Positions 18,291-28,065 of a stretch of 64,000 nt of DNA are shown here, one piece after another (positions within the stretch are counted from its first letter, which is position 1; each line of letters opens with the position of its first letter). The notes under the pieces were generated by a model. The model had not been told where the DNA came from, did no database searches, and was given only the letters and a program-made list of their open reading frames with translations. Source of the stretch: a virus (taxonomy: Duplodnaviria > Heunggongvirae > Uroviricota > Caudoviricetes); the IMG/VR virus record IMGVR_UViG_3300038345_000251, positions 32,001 to 96,000 of that record; one strand, written 5' to 3'. A program made the position numbers and the translations under genes.

Positions 18291-19646
18291 GGAAATTATA
18301 TACCTGTTGTCCACAGGATTTACTATTTTAATGCTTCATAGGGTTAGTAATCTCATTGCCCTCCACATTCAGAATCCCTCTTTCCTGTGGGATTTTATTT
18401 TCTTTACCTACCAAGGCTTGTGGGTGCAAGCCAAAATTCTTTATATTAATGGCTGCATTAACATCCCTATCATGTATCTCTCCACATACAGGACATATCC
18501 ACTCCCTGTCAGATAACTTTAATTCTTTGTTTATATATCCACACTTACTACACATCTTACTACTTGGGTCAAACCTTCCTATAAATACTACATTTTTTCC
18601 ATACCATTCAGCCTTGTAAACTATCTTCCTTACTATCATACTCCATGATGCTGAATTGATTGCTCTGGCAAGATTATGATTCTGTGTCATACCAGTAATG
18701 TTTAAGTCTTCCATACATATTGTATCATATCTCCTTATCCATTCAGTTGACAACTTATTAGTGAAATCCACCCTCTTATTTGCAATCTTCTCATGATACT
18801 TAACAAGTCTGATTCTTGCTCTTTCCCAATTCTTTGAACCTTTTTGTTTTCTTGCAAGTCTTCTATTAAGAAGTCTTAGTTTTCTATCAGTTGATTCAAG
18901 GTATTTAGGGTTATCTATTTTAGTACCATCAGATAATGTAGCATATGTTTTGATACCGAAGTCAATACCTACAGTTGTTTCATCAACCACATTGGCTTTC
19001 TGTGGAGGTGTTTGTTGGTCATCAACTAATACTATGCACCAAAACACACCTTTATTATCATAATGTACAGTAAGTGTTCCAAATTTAACGTTATTACTAT
19101 CAAATGTTCTGTTTTTTTTCATTTTAACCCAACCTATTGTTGGTATTTTGATTTTCCAATTATCAAAATCCATTGTTGGTTTGTCAGAGAACTTGACAGT
19201 TTGTTTTGAGTGTTTAGACTTAAAGTTAGGGAACTTGGTTTGTTTTTTAAAGAATCTGGTAAATGCATTATCAAGATTTCTTAGTGATTGTGTTAAACAT
19301 TGTCTTCCACATAATGAAAGCCATTGATATTCAGGTAATTTTTTCATTTCAGTAATCATGGCAGATAGTTCACAATAGGAAAGACGTTGTTTATTATTTG
19401 CCCAAGCATTTTTCTTTTTATCAAGTCCCCAATTATATATGAAACGAGCATTACCCATTGCCTGAAGCAACTGTTGTTGTTGCTTCATTGTTGGGTTCAA
19501 TTTATATTTAAAAGCTTTATTCATATATTAGTTTACTTTTTCTTTTTTCTAACTATAAATAGTATTTAATTTCAAAAAAGTCAACATTAATTAAATAATT
19601 TTCAAATAATTATATTATTTTTGTGGACAACAAGTATATAATTTCC
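18291..19646 (-). mobile_element. Non-autonomous TIR element (IS1595/ISNwi1-like ends) carrying tnpB
   Basis: 25-bp TIRs GGAAATTATATAC(C/T)TGTTGTCCACA at 18291-18315 and 19622-19646; 8-bp direct repeat TTCTTTTA at 18283-18290 and 19647-19654. Confidence 0.85.
18328..19524 (-). CDS. tnpB: RNA-guided endonuclease TnpB
   Basis: GIDFG / MEDL / DRDVNAAINI RuvC triad and CSKC-CPVC zinc ribbon intact. Confidence 0.95.
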   Translation of the reverse strand: MNKAFKYKLNPTMKQQQQLLQAMGNARFIYNWGLDKKKNAWANNKQRLSYCELSAMITEMKKLPEYQWLSLCGRQCLTQSLRNLDNAFTRFFKKQTKFPNFKSKHSKQTVKFSDKPTMDFDNWKIKIPTIGWVKMKKNRTFDSNNVKFGTLTVHYDNKGVFWCIVLVDDQQTPPQKANVVDETTVGIDFGIKTYATLSDGTKIDNPKYLESTDRKLRLLNRRLARKQKGSKNWERARIRLVKYHEKIANKRVDFTNKLSTEWIRRYDTICMEDLNITGMTQNHNLARAINSASWSMIVRKIVYKAEWYGKNVVFIGRFDPSSKMCSKCGYINKELKLSDREWICPVCGEIHDRDVNAAINIKNFGLHPQALVGKENKIPQERGILNVEGNEITNPMKH

Positions 19647-20225
19647 TTCTTTTAATTGTTTCTTTTTAATTTCAACATAATCTCTGAAAGGTTGTCTTTG
19701 TTTTCTACCCCTATAAAGCCACTTTTTAAACAATTTAAGAGATACACTTGTAATACCCATAAATCCTTTCCAATTAGGCTCATAGTTGCTTAAATAAGCG
19801 TTTTTGGCTTCTTCTTTTGAATTAAATCCAAGCATTACTTTGGTTTCATCAAAATTACCATGTTTATCTTTTTGGTCAACACAATAAACTCTTTCGAAAT
19901 TTTCAATATTTGGTCCAATGAATACATCAACAGCATCACCATCTTTTCCTTTAGTAATATTAAAATATCCGTAATGTTGTTTCATTACATTATATTTTCT
20001 ATTACCATTAGCATCTGTTTCACCATAATATCTTTTACTTCCTTTAGGGTTTTCAATGGCAATTTTCATACCTTTAACTGAAATATGTCCCATTTTATAG
20101 TTAGAGGCTTCTTTTTGTGCGTCAGTAGGATTAAGATTAATATCTTCACATCTTTTATTAATTTCTTCGCTTGAAATTTCAAGTAATGTATTATACTGTG
20201 ATTCTGTTATTATTAACTTTCGCAT
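19602..20225 (-). CDS. Inorganic-pyrophosphatase-like (polyvalent-protein type) domain protein with head leader; C-terminus altered by TIR insertion
   Basis: IAIENPKGSKR...HYGY...GKDGDAVDVFIG...DETKVMLGF; start MRKLIITESQ; pre-insertion end reconstructs as LKENKETE*. Confidence 0.7.
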   Translation of the reverse strand: MRKLIITESQYNTLLEISSEEINKRCEDINLNPTDAQKEASNYKMGHISVKGMKIAIENPKGSKRYYGETDANGNRKYNVMKQHYGYFNITKGKDGDAVDVFIGPNIENFERVYCVDQKDKHGNFDETKVMLGFNSKEEAKNAYLSNYEPNWKGFMGITSVSLKLFKKWLYRGRKQRQPFRDYVEIKKKQLKEGNYILVVHKNNIII

Positions 20226-21303
20226 TTTTTCTTTTTCTTTTTTCTCTTTCATTTCTCAATTTTCGTTTATGTTCTTTGCAAATTTCTTGTGTATATTTTA
20301 TTAATCCGTCTGGATTAAAATTTTTAATATTTTCTATACCAATTTCATTTTCAGTAACAATTTTATATTTAATATTTTTTTCTTTATAAAATTGTTTTGC
20401 TACTTCAAACTTTATTTGATTAATTTTATCATTTACTAAATTACTTGGTTTTATTTCTTCTACAACGATTTTATTATCATAAAAAATTTTAAAATCAGGT
20501 ATATAATAATGTTTTTCATTATTATCATCTGTATATAAAATTCTTTCAGTGTTTTTTTCCCAATTTATAACAGATGTATCATTATCTAATTGTTGCATCC
20601 TAACTGCTTCCCACAACGAATCTGCAACATACCATTTGTCAGACTTTGTTGAATACCAAGGTAAGTTAGTCCCTTTAAAATGTTTTCTACCTTTATTTGC
20701 TGATAAAGTAAATGCATCTGAAAAATTTCTTGTAACATTTGCATTTTTAACCCATCTAGCAATTGTTGTTGTCCCATAGTGATATTTTTCATGTAATTCA
20801 CAAATATTAAGTCCTGAAATATATTCTTCAACAATTTTATTTTTAATATCGTCAGGGATTTTATTATGTGCTTTTCGTTCTATTTTAACACCTTTTTCGT
20901 ATAAAATTTTGTAAACAGTTCCATTACCTTTAATGTTATATTTTAATTGTATTTCTTTAATTGGTGTTTGGTTTACATAGTCATTGTAAATTTTACTTTT
21001 TGTTTCATTATCAATTTTTTTGTTTAAATTTCTAACAAGATTATATTTTTTTAATACTTCATAAATTTTACGTTCACAAAGATTAGTTGCTAAAATTATT
21101 TCTTCTATTTTAACTTTGTTTGAGTATAATTCTACAATTAAATTTTCTTGTTTTTTAGATATATCTTTTTTTAAATTTCTTCTTTCAATTTTGTTTTTTT
21201 TGAGAATATTTAATATTTTACTCTTAGAACAACCATATTTTTTAGCGAGTTTTAAACTTGATAACCCTTCTTTATATTCTTTTATTATTATTTTGTCATC
21301 CAT
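20191..21303 (-). CDS. HTH-repeat + TnsA-like PD-(D/E)XK endonuclease (free-standing homing endonuclease-like)
   Basis: Several HTH repeats, then YYIPDF...EEIKP. Confidence 0.7.
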   Translation of the reverse strand: MDDKIIIKEYKEGLSSLKLAKKYGCSKSKILNILKKNKIERRNLKKDISKKQENLIVELYSNKVKIEEIILATNLCERKIYEVLKKYNLVRNLNKKIDNETKSKIYNDYVNQTPIKEIQLKYNIKGNGTVYKILYEKGVKIERKAHNKIPDDIKNKIVEEYISGLNICELHEKYHYGTTTIARWVKNANVTRNFSDAFTLSANKGRKHFKGTNLPWYSTKSDKWYVADSLWEAVRMQQLDNDTSVINWEKNTERILYTDDNNEKHYYIPDFKIFYDNKIVVEEIKPSNLVNDKINQIKFEVAKQFYKEKNIKYKIVTENEIGIENIKNFNPDGLIKYTQEICKEHKRKLRNEREKRKRKNAKVNNNRITV

Positions 21304-21370
21304 ATAACCAATTGTTTATTAATAAATAGTTTGTTACCACCGTTTTTTTGTTTTTCAATTGGTTTTTTAA

Positions 21371-21448
21371 TTATGACAATTTATTTACTGATAAAGTACC
21401 AAATGTCCAATCTTATCATCAAACCAATCTTTCATTACTTGTTTCAAG
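21371..21448 (-). pseudogene. Degenerate duplicate of the 3' end of gene 27219-27641
   Basis: 36-nt exact match 21413-21448 = 27271-27306, with further similarity and a 1-nt deletion. Confidence 0.75.
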
Positions 21449-21560
21449 TTTCATAATAAATAAATCTTAATATATTAATAAATATTTGTTTGGTTTAATT
21501 TGTTTTTTATAAAACTTTTATAAGAAATAATACTATTTATAAACAAAGAAAAATAGTACT

Positions 21561-22118
21561 ATGGCAGTAAAAAATAAAGTAAACGAAAATAGATTAGACT
21601 ACGAACCTTGGGGTTACAGGGTAGATGTTGGTTATACAAGTAAAAAAACTGCAATTAATGCAACTATTGAAAAATTTTTTACTAATGTAAAATATAGTAA
21701 AAAAGACGAAAAAATACACTTTTATAATCTTAAAGGCGAAGAAAAGGGTAGTATTAACGTTAATGATTTTTCATCAGGTGTAATTAAAGGTACATCATAC
21801 GATGCAGCAACAAAAATATTAACCATTAAATATGAAAACGGAAAATCTGTCTCATTTAACCTTACCCCAATCATTAATTCCATCGTTGAAAAAATAGACG
21901 AAAATATTAGTGTTTTATCAGGTACTGTAGAAGAAATTATTAATAACGAAATGGCATTACAAAGTGCTGCATTTTCTGATAGTGAATATGTGTGGGATGA
22001 AGACAATAAGAAAATGGTTATTAGATTTTATAATACAAACAGTGAACTTAAAGATACTATTGAATTGTTTGATACTAACGATGAAGGAGAAGTAATGATA
22101 GAAGCAGGTAAATTTTAA
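21561..22118 (+). CDS. Tail-fibre-associated protein (C-terminal EAGKF)
   Basis: SYDAATKILTIKYENG beta motif; ends GEVMIEAGKF like the next gene. Confidence 0.5.
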   Translation: MAVKNKVNENRLDYEPWGYRVDVGYTSKKTAINATIEKFFTNVKYSKKDEKIHFYNLKGEEKGSINVNDFSSGVIKGTSYDAATKILTIKYENGKSVSFNLTPIINSIVEKIDENISVLSGTVEEIINNEMALQSAAFSDSEYVWDEDNKKMVIRFYNTNSELKDTIELFDTNDEGEVMIEAGKF

Positions 22119-22171
22119 CAAAGAAAAAAAAAATAACAAATAATAAATGAAATTAAAGTATTAACAAAATT

Positions 22172-23992
22172 ATGGCAAAAACATTTAGGTATAAACATTT
22201 ATTAAGTAGTACAGCTAATAATGTTCCAGCAAGTGATAAGTTATTAAAGGGTGAAATTGCTATTAATGACTTAGACGAGAAGTTATTTATTAAAAATAAC
22301 GGTGGTGAAATTGTAACATTCATTCCAGAAAGTCAGATTAATGCTAAAATCAATGCTCTTGATAAAGCAGCATCAGCAGAAGACGGTAAAGTAGTTACAA
22401 CTGTTAGTGAGACTAACGGTGTTGTTTCTGAAACTAAAGCAAAGGTTAAAGACCTTCAACTTGGTGGTTATTCAAAAGACACTACAGCAACAGGTGCAAT
22501 CGGTTCAACCGATACCATTAACACTGCTTTAAGTAAACTTGAAAACACAGTTGCTGCTAACGAAATCAGCAACAGTGACCATTCAATTACTGTTACAACA
22601 GCTTCTACAGGTACTGATATTGCAGTAAACATCAAAACAGGTGAAAAAGTAATTAAACTTGGCAATGATGGTATTTATACTGACATTAAAATCAGTGCTT
22701 TAACTGCAACAGAAATTGGTGAACTTCCTGGTTCTACTAATATTAAAGAAGCTTATAAACTTCTTGATAGTGACGGTAATAAACTTGGTGATGTTATTAA
22801 AATCTACAAAGATAGTTCATTGTATAATGCTTATCTTGGTCACATGGATGATAGTATTACATCATCAACAGACCCTACAGTCGTTCCTGGTACAGGTGAT
22901 ACTGCACTTTGCTTTATCTATCAAAAAGCAGATGGTACATATGAATTAGTTAAAGTTGATGTTTCACGGTTCCTTGAAGAAGCTGAATTCCTTGATGGTT
23001 TAACTGTTAATAACCATGTTGTTAAAGTTTTAATTGACCCTACTTCAGAAACATTCTTAACAGTAAGTTCTAACGGTGTTAAATTAAGTGGTGTACAGAA
23101 TGCTATTAATACAGCAATCCAAGCACTTGATGTAACTGCTGATACAGCACAGGCTGGTCAATATGTTGCTGCTATTAAAGAAACTGACGGTCTTGTAGCA
23201 GTTAAAACTAGAGCAAACGTAAGTGAAGCAGTTCTTAATAACTATGTTAAAGGTACTGATGGTTCAGATGTTGCTGCAACTGATACATTAAATCAGGCAA
23301 TCAGCAAACTTGAAAATCAAATTAGCATAGCTTCATCTGCTGCAACATCTAAAGTTGAAAAAGATGCAAATGCAAGTCACTTAACAGTTACTTCAACAAC
23401 AGGTGCTGATAATTCAGTAACTTATACAATCGGTGAAAACGATATTGCAAGTAATAGTGATTTAACAGCAGAAATTGCAGCAAGAAAAGCTGTTGATGGA
23501 CAAACAGGTCAAACTTATGTAGCAAATGGTAGTACAAACTATATTGGAGATGCAACATCACTTAACGATGCTGATGTTAAACTTGATGCAGCAATTAAAG
23601 CAAATAATGACAGAGCAATTTCAGCAGAAAATACATTACAGAGTGAACTTGATACAACACAAACAGGTGCAGGTTTAAATACTGACGGTACTTATACAGC
23701 AAACACTAGTTCTAATTACCTTACAGGTGCAACATCACTTGCTGATGCTGATAACAAACTTGATACCAAACTTTTCGAACTTAGTGGTGCTGTCAAAAAT
23801 GCTGTTGAAGGACTTGATTATACAGATACTGATGTAACAAATCAGTGGGTAACAAAAGTTGACGAAGCTAATGGTGTAATTGTACCAGCTAGAAGTTATA
23901 TTAGTGTTACTAACTTAACAACAAACGGAGACCCTGACTTTACAGTTGATGGAACAACAGGTGAAATTATTCTTGAAGCAGGTACATTCTAA
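22172..23992 (+). CDS. Tail fibre protein
   Basis: N-terminal GEIAIN anchor, Thr/Ala/Ser-rich internal repeats (TDTINTALSKLEN), ends GEIILEAGTF. Confidence 0.65.
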   Translation: MAKTFRYKHLLSSTANNVPASDKLLKGEIAINDLDEKLFIKNNGGEIVTFIPESQINAKINALDKAASAEDGKVVTTVSETNGVVSETKAKVKDLQLGGYSKDTTATGAIGSTDTINTALSKLENTVAANEISNSDHSITVTTASTGTDIAVNIKTGEKVIKLGNDGIYTDIKISALTATEIGELPGSTNIKEAYKLLDSDGNKLGDVIKIYKDSSLYNAYLGHMDDSITSSTDPTVVPGTGDTALCFIYQKADGTYELVKVDVSRFLEEAEFLDGLTVNNHVVKVLIDPTSETFLTVSSNGVKLSGVQNAINTAIQALDVTADTAQAGQYVAAIKETDGLVAVKTRANVSEAVLNNYVKGTDGSDVAATDTLNQAISKLENQISIASSAATSKVEKDANASHLTVTSTTGADNSVTYTIGENDIASNSDLTAEIAARKAVDGQTGQTYVANGSTNYIGDATSLNDADVKLDAAIKANNDRAISAENTLQSELDTTQTGAGLNTDGTYTANTSSNYLTGATSLADADNKLDTKLFELSGAVKNAVEGLDYTDTDVTNQWVTKVDEANGVIVPARSYISVTNLTTNGDPDFTVDGTTGEIILEAGTF

Positions 23993-24082
23993 AAATTAAA
24001 TAAAGACGAAAACGTTGAAAAAGGCGGTTGAAATATTTACCGCCTTTTTTTAAATAATAAGAGAATTTATATTCAAAATAAT

Positions 24083-25333
24083 ATGGCAAAAAAGTTTAGA
24101 TATAAACATATATCAAGCATCATTGAAGATAGAGTACCAAGTGAATTACTTGATGGTGAAATTGCCGTTAACCGATTTGCTGGTAAAGAAAAATTGTTCA
24201 TTAAAAATAGTAGTGGACAAATTATTTCCTTTATTCCAGAACATGATGTAACAACATTGATTAGTAACTTAACTGAACAACTTGCTGAACTTAGTTCTTC
24301 AACTATTGATGAAATTGCAAGAGCACAATCAGCAGAAACAGTTCTTCAAGAAGAAATTGATATTGTTAGCGCACATACAACAACATTGGCTATTGCTTGT
24401 GCTGAAGACTTCAAAGAACTTAGTGGTAGCTTGAAGACATTAACTATCGCAATTGGTGAAGACTTCGATGAGTTTGAATACAACATTAATCAATTAAGTT
24501 CAAGTACTAAACAAATCGAAAGTAGTGTTTCAGGTATTGTTGGTGATAACATTAGAGAACTTAGTGCATCAGTTATTACATTGAGTTCAAGTACTGAAGA
24601 TATTGCTGGTGATTTACATGATGAAGTTACAAGAGCAACAAACGTTGATAACACACTTAGTGGTAATGTTACAACTCTTAGTGGTAATGTCATAACTCTT
24701 AGTGGTAATGTTACAACTCTTAGTGGTAATTTAGATACATTGGCGATTGCTGCAACAGAAGATATTGATGAACTTCAATATCAAGTTGATATTAAGACTG
24801 CATTACTTGATGAAAAAGTTGATAATGAAATCACAAGAGCAAGAACTTCTGAACAATCTGTTAGTGGTGCTGTACAAACCCTTAGTGCAGGTACACTTAA
24901 TACCTTCACACGTAAGCCAGTTACGATTTGGGAAACAGATGGTACAAGAGGATTACTTGGTGTAAATAATAGTACTATGGATTTAAGTAATTCATGGCAA
25001 CTTGAAAACCTTGATTTCACACCATATAAGTTTGTTTTGGCATACTTTAAACAAGCCGATACTGGAGCAACAGCAACTGCTGCTACACCATCAGTGGTAT
25101 GTACAATTCCATTAGATAGTGCTTCACTTTCTACAGGATATACCGCATATGTTGGTGGTGCAGGTGGAACAAACCCTAATAATAGAGATATTCATTTCCA
25201 AGTTCTTTGTGCAATTGATAGCACTAAAACAAAATTCCAAGTTGTGTCTGAACATTCAATTGCAGGAACAATACTTGCACAGAAAAACGATAATGGTAGA
25301 TACTGTTATAAGATTGTAGGTTATTATGAATAA
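24083..25333 (+). CDS. Tail fibre protein with coiled-coil shaft
   Basis: GEIAVN anchor, ELSxS/EIxRA coiled-coil repeats, globular C-terminus. Confidence 0.65.
   Translation: MAKKFRYKHISSIIEDRVPSELLDGEIAVNRFAGKEKLFIKNSSGQIISFIPEHDVTTLISNLTEQLAELSSSTIDEIARAQSAETVLQEEIDIVSAHTTTLAIACAEDFKELSGSLKTLTIAIGEDFDEFEYNINQLSSSTKQIESSVSGIVGDNIRELSASVITLSSSTEDIAGDLHDEVTRATNVDNTLSGNVTTLSGNVITLSGNVTTLSGNLDTLAIAATEDIDELQYQVDIKTALLDEKVDNEITRARTSEQSVSGAVQTLSAGTLNTFTRKPVTIWETDGTRGLLGVNNSTMDLSNSWQLENLDFTPYKFVLAYFKQADTGATATAATPSVVCTIPLDSASLSTGYTAYVGGAGGTNPNNRDIHFQVLCAIDSTKTKFQVVSEHSIAGTILAQKNDNGRYCYKIVGYYE
24656..24730 (+). repeat. 21-bp tandem repeat encoding heptad LSGNV(T/I)T
   Basis: cttagtggtaatgttacaact x3 plus a partial copy. 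Confidence 0.85.
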
Positions 25334-25359
25334 TAAATGTTAAAAGTTTGATTGATACT

Positions 25360-25506
25360 ATGTTAGAACAAACAAGAATATTTACAAATGAAGATGCTTA
25401 TGAAGCATATGTTGCATCATCAGGTTTTACTGAAAGAGCAAATGTATCTATTATTCAGTCAAATGATAATGTTCATTTTGATTATACACCTATTGCAAGC
25501 GAATAA
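25360..25506 (+). CDS. 48-aa stand-alone fibre N-terminal module
   Basis: MLEQTRIFTNEDAYEAYV...ANVSIIQSNDNVHFD resembles the N-terminus of 25600 (TKRFEQHSEYEEF...PNVSVCEDNYHVHYN). Confidence 0.55.
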   Translation: MLEQTRIFTNEDAYEAYVASSGFTERANVSIIQSNDNVHFDYTPIASE

Positions 25507-25599
25507 TATTATATATTTATAAATTAATGAAAAACGCACTCATTTGGGTGCGTTTTTCTTATTTTTAAAGACTATTTATTAAGAAAATACATTTATATT

Positions 25600-27003
25600 A
25601 TGATATATACAAAACGTTTTGAACAGCATTCTGAATATGAAGAATTTATAAGTGGAGGTACTAATGTATACAAACCAAACGTATCTGTTTGTGAAGATAA
25701 CTATCATGTACATTATAATCCTGGTCCACCAATTGACAAAAGGGATGATAGTGAAATTTATGGTGTAATCGAAATTGGTAATATTGAACCATTTAGTTAT
25801 GAAGGTGGTGAACAAACAGGAATTAGTTTAACTACAAGAGCAACAAATACATGGGCATTAACCCAAAAGTCTGATTGGCTACATGTTGAACCTATAAGGG
25901 GAACAGGTAATACTACATTAACAATTGAGGCAGATGAATATGATAATATTGAAGAAAATAGAGAAGGCTTCTTTAAAGTTAGATACACAATGCCTGATGT
26001 AAGATACAGTACTACTAAGTATGGTATTATACAGAAACATAAACTAGACCCAAAAACATGTCCACTAACTTTTGAAATAATTTCTGGTGGTACATTGTAT
26101 TGGAGAACAAATGATACAAACTTAACAAGAACCATTGAATATAAAAAGAATGATGGCGAATGGATAGAAGTAACTTCAAGTCAAGATAATGATGGATTGG
26201 GAACTATAATATGTACTGTCGTGGAAAATGATATTGTAAGATTTAGAGGCAATAATTCTAATGGATACGGAAATTATCATCAATTTAAAACAAGTGATGG
26301 TTGTTCTTTATATGCTTATGGAAATATTAATAGTTTATTATCTAAAGAACAATTTGTAACAATAACAACCATTGCAAATAATAGTTATATATTTTCAAAT
26401 TTATTTATGGGTTTAAGTGCATTAACATCTCACCTATCTTATAAACTTTTGCTACCTGCCACAGATGTTAGAGGATATGGTGCATATATAGCAATGTTTA
26501 AAAATTGTAGTAATATTTCTAAATCACCAGTCATTTTAAGTAACTGCATTAATGGTAATAGTACATATGCTACTATGTTCGAGGGTTGTACATCATTAAT
26601 AGAAGCACCAAAACTACCAACAACATTATCTAACCAAAGAACATTTGAAAGGATGTTTTTAAATTGCACTAGTTTAGTAACACCACCAGAATTGCCATCA
26701 ACTAATTTGACACAATATTGTTATCTAAATATGTTTGAAGGATGTACAAGTCTTACCACAGCACCTGAATTACCCGCAACAACATTGGTAGGTGACTGTT
26801 ATTATAGGATGTTTTTTAATTGTAGTAATTTAAGCAATATTAAATGTCTTGCAACTGACATAAGTGCAACAAGATGTACATCAGATTGGGTTAGAGGTGT
26901 ACAAACAAGTTCTGGTACATTTGTTAAAAATCCCGCAATGTCATCATGGACAACAGGTACTAGTGGCATTCCAGCTAATTGGACAGTAGAGGATGCTACG
27001 TAA
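25600..27003 (+). CDS. BACON + BspA-like LRR receptor-binding protein
   Basis: WLHVEP..GTGN...REG BACON-like segment; LP.T.L..CY..MF.GC repeats; C-terminus closely related to that of 5533. Confidence 0.7.
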   Translation: MIYTKRFEQHSEYEEFISGGTNVYKPNVSVCEDNYHVHYNPGPPIDKRDDSEIYGVIEIGNIEPFSYEGGEQTGISLTTRATNTWALTQKSDWLHVEPIRGTGNTTLTIEADEYDNIEENREGFFKVRYTMPDVRYSTTKYGIIQKHKLDPKTCPLTFEIISGGTLYWRTNDTNLTRTIEYKKNDGEWIEVTSSQDNDGLGTIICTVVENDIVRFRGNNSNGYGNYHQFKTSDGCSLYAYGNINSLLSKEQFVTITTIANNSYIFSNLFMGLSALTSHLSYKLLLPATDVRGYGAYIAMFKNCSNISKSPVILSNCINGNSTYATMFEGCTSLIEAPKLPTTLSNQRTFERMFLNCTSLVTPPELPSTNLTQYCYLNMFEGCTSLTTAPELPATTLVGDCYYRMFFNCSNLSNIKCLATDISATRCTSDWVRGVQTSSGTFVKNPAMSSWTTGTSGIPANWTVEDAT

Positions 27004-27062
27004 TGATTTTATATTATAATATTTTAGGAAAAAGCAAGTTAAAAACAACTTGCTTTTTTTTA

Positions 27063-27085
27063 GGGAACTATATACCTGTTGTCCA
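27063..27085. mobile_element. Solitary TIR of the 18291-19646 element family
   Basis: GGGAACTATATACCTGTTGTCCA, 21/23 identical to the TIR. Confidence 0.65.
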
Positions 27086-27218
27086 AAACTGGGTAAAAGA
27101 AAAGCCACAAGTAATAACTCACGGCTTATCAGCTCTATATTATATAACTTAACACCATTATACCATAAATCATCTTTTAAATCACCACCATGATAATAAA
27201 TGTTAACATTAGAAGTTT

Positions 27219-27641
27219 CTACTGCTCTTCCATTAATCTATTTACTGAAAGATTACCAAATACACCTATTTTATCATCAAACCAATCTTTCATTACTTGT
27301 TTCAAGAATAATTTTCTACATAATTTATCAGTAAACATATTCTTGAATTTTTCTATAAGCAAATCTTGTAAATCTTCTTCGTAAAGACTTTTGAGTGGTT
27401 CACCATTTGATGCAAACATAGTAACGATTCTTACCTTTTCAGGCATACCGTTAGCACCTATACGTTCAAGATTTCCTTTTTTAAAATTGTTATCAAGAAA
27501 TTTCTTTACAACAAGTACTTTATCTGGGTCAATAGTATATGGTTTACCTGTACTTTTTGGAACAGGTATTTGTTGAATTTCTTCATTTAATATTCTTGCA
27601 AGATTTTTCTCTTGTTCTTCAGTTATAATTACCCTTTTCAT
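27219..27641 (-). CDS. Hypothetical protein with head-type leader
   Basis: MKRVIITEEQ...ILNE leader. Confidence 0.6.
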   Translation of the reverse strand: MKRVIITEEQEKNLARILNEEIQQIPVPKSTGKPYTIDPDKVLVVKKFLDNNFKKGNLERIGANGMPEKVRIVTMFASNGEPLKSLYEEDLQDLLIEKFKNMFTDKLCRKLFLKQVMKDWFDDKIGVFGNLSVNRLMEEQ

Positions 27642-27709
27642 ATAAAATATTATATCTATAAATATTTTATACTTTTAAAAACTATTTATAAAGAAAATAT
27701 AAGAATATT

Positions 27710-28003
27710 ATGGGAAAAAATACAATTAAATTAAACGAATCACAACTCAAAAAGATTGTTGCTGAATCAGTAAAAAGAGTATTGAAAGAGGCTGATGATT
27801 TTAACGCACATGGGTATAAAGCCCTAAACAACTATGGTGGGAATGAAATACAAATCAATAACAGCGGTGATGCAGCAAGATTAAAATTCCAGAATGGTGA
27901 AATAACTGACTGGCTTGAAATTGAATTTGACGATGAAGGTGTTGCATATATTACAACGCCTAATGGACAACAAGAAAAATTGTCAGATTATATGAGATAT
28001 TAA
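27710..28003 (+). CDS. Small protein with head-type leader
   Basis: IKLNESQLKKIVAESVKRVLKE leader; ACTATTTATA promoter. Confidence 0.6.
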   Translation: MGKNTIKLNESQLKKIVAESVKRVLKEADDFNAHGYKALNNYGGNEIQINNSGDAARLKFQNGEITDWLEIEFDDEGVAYITTPNGQQEKLSDYMRY

Positions 28004-28065
28004 GCAACCTTACATTACAGTAAGAATAAATATAAAAAAGGTGAGTAGTTTTACTCACCTTTTAT

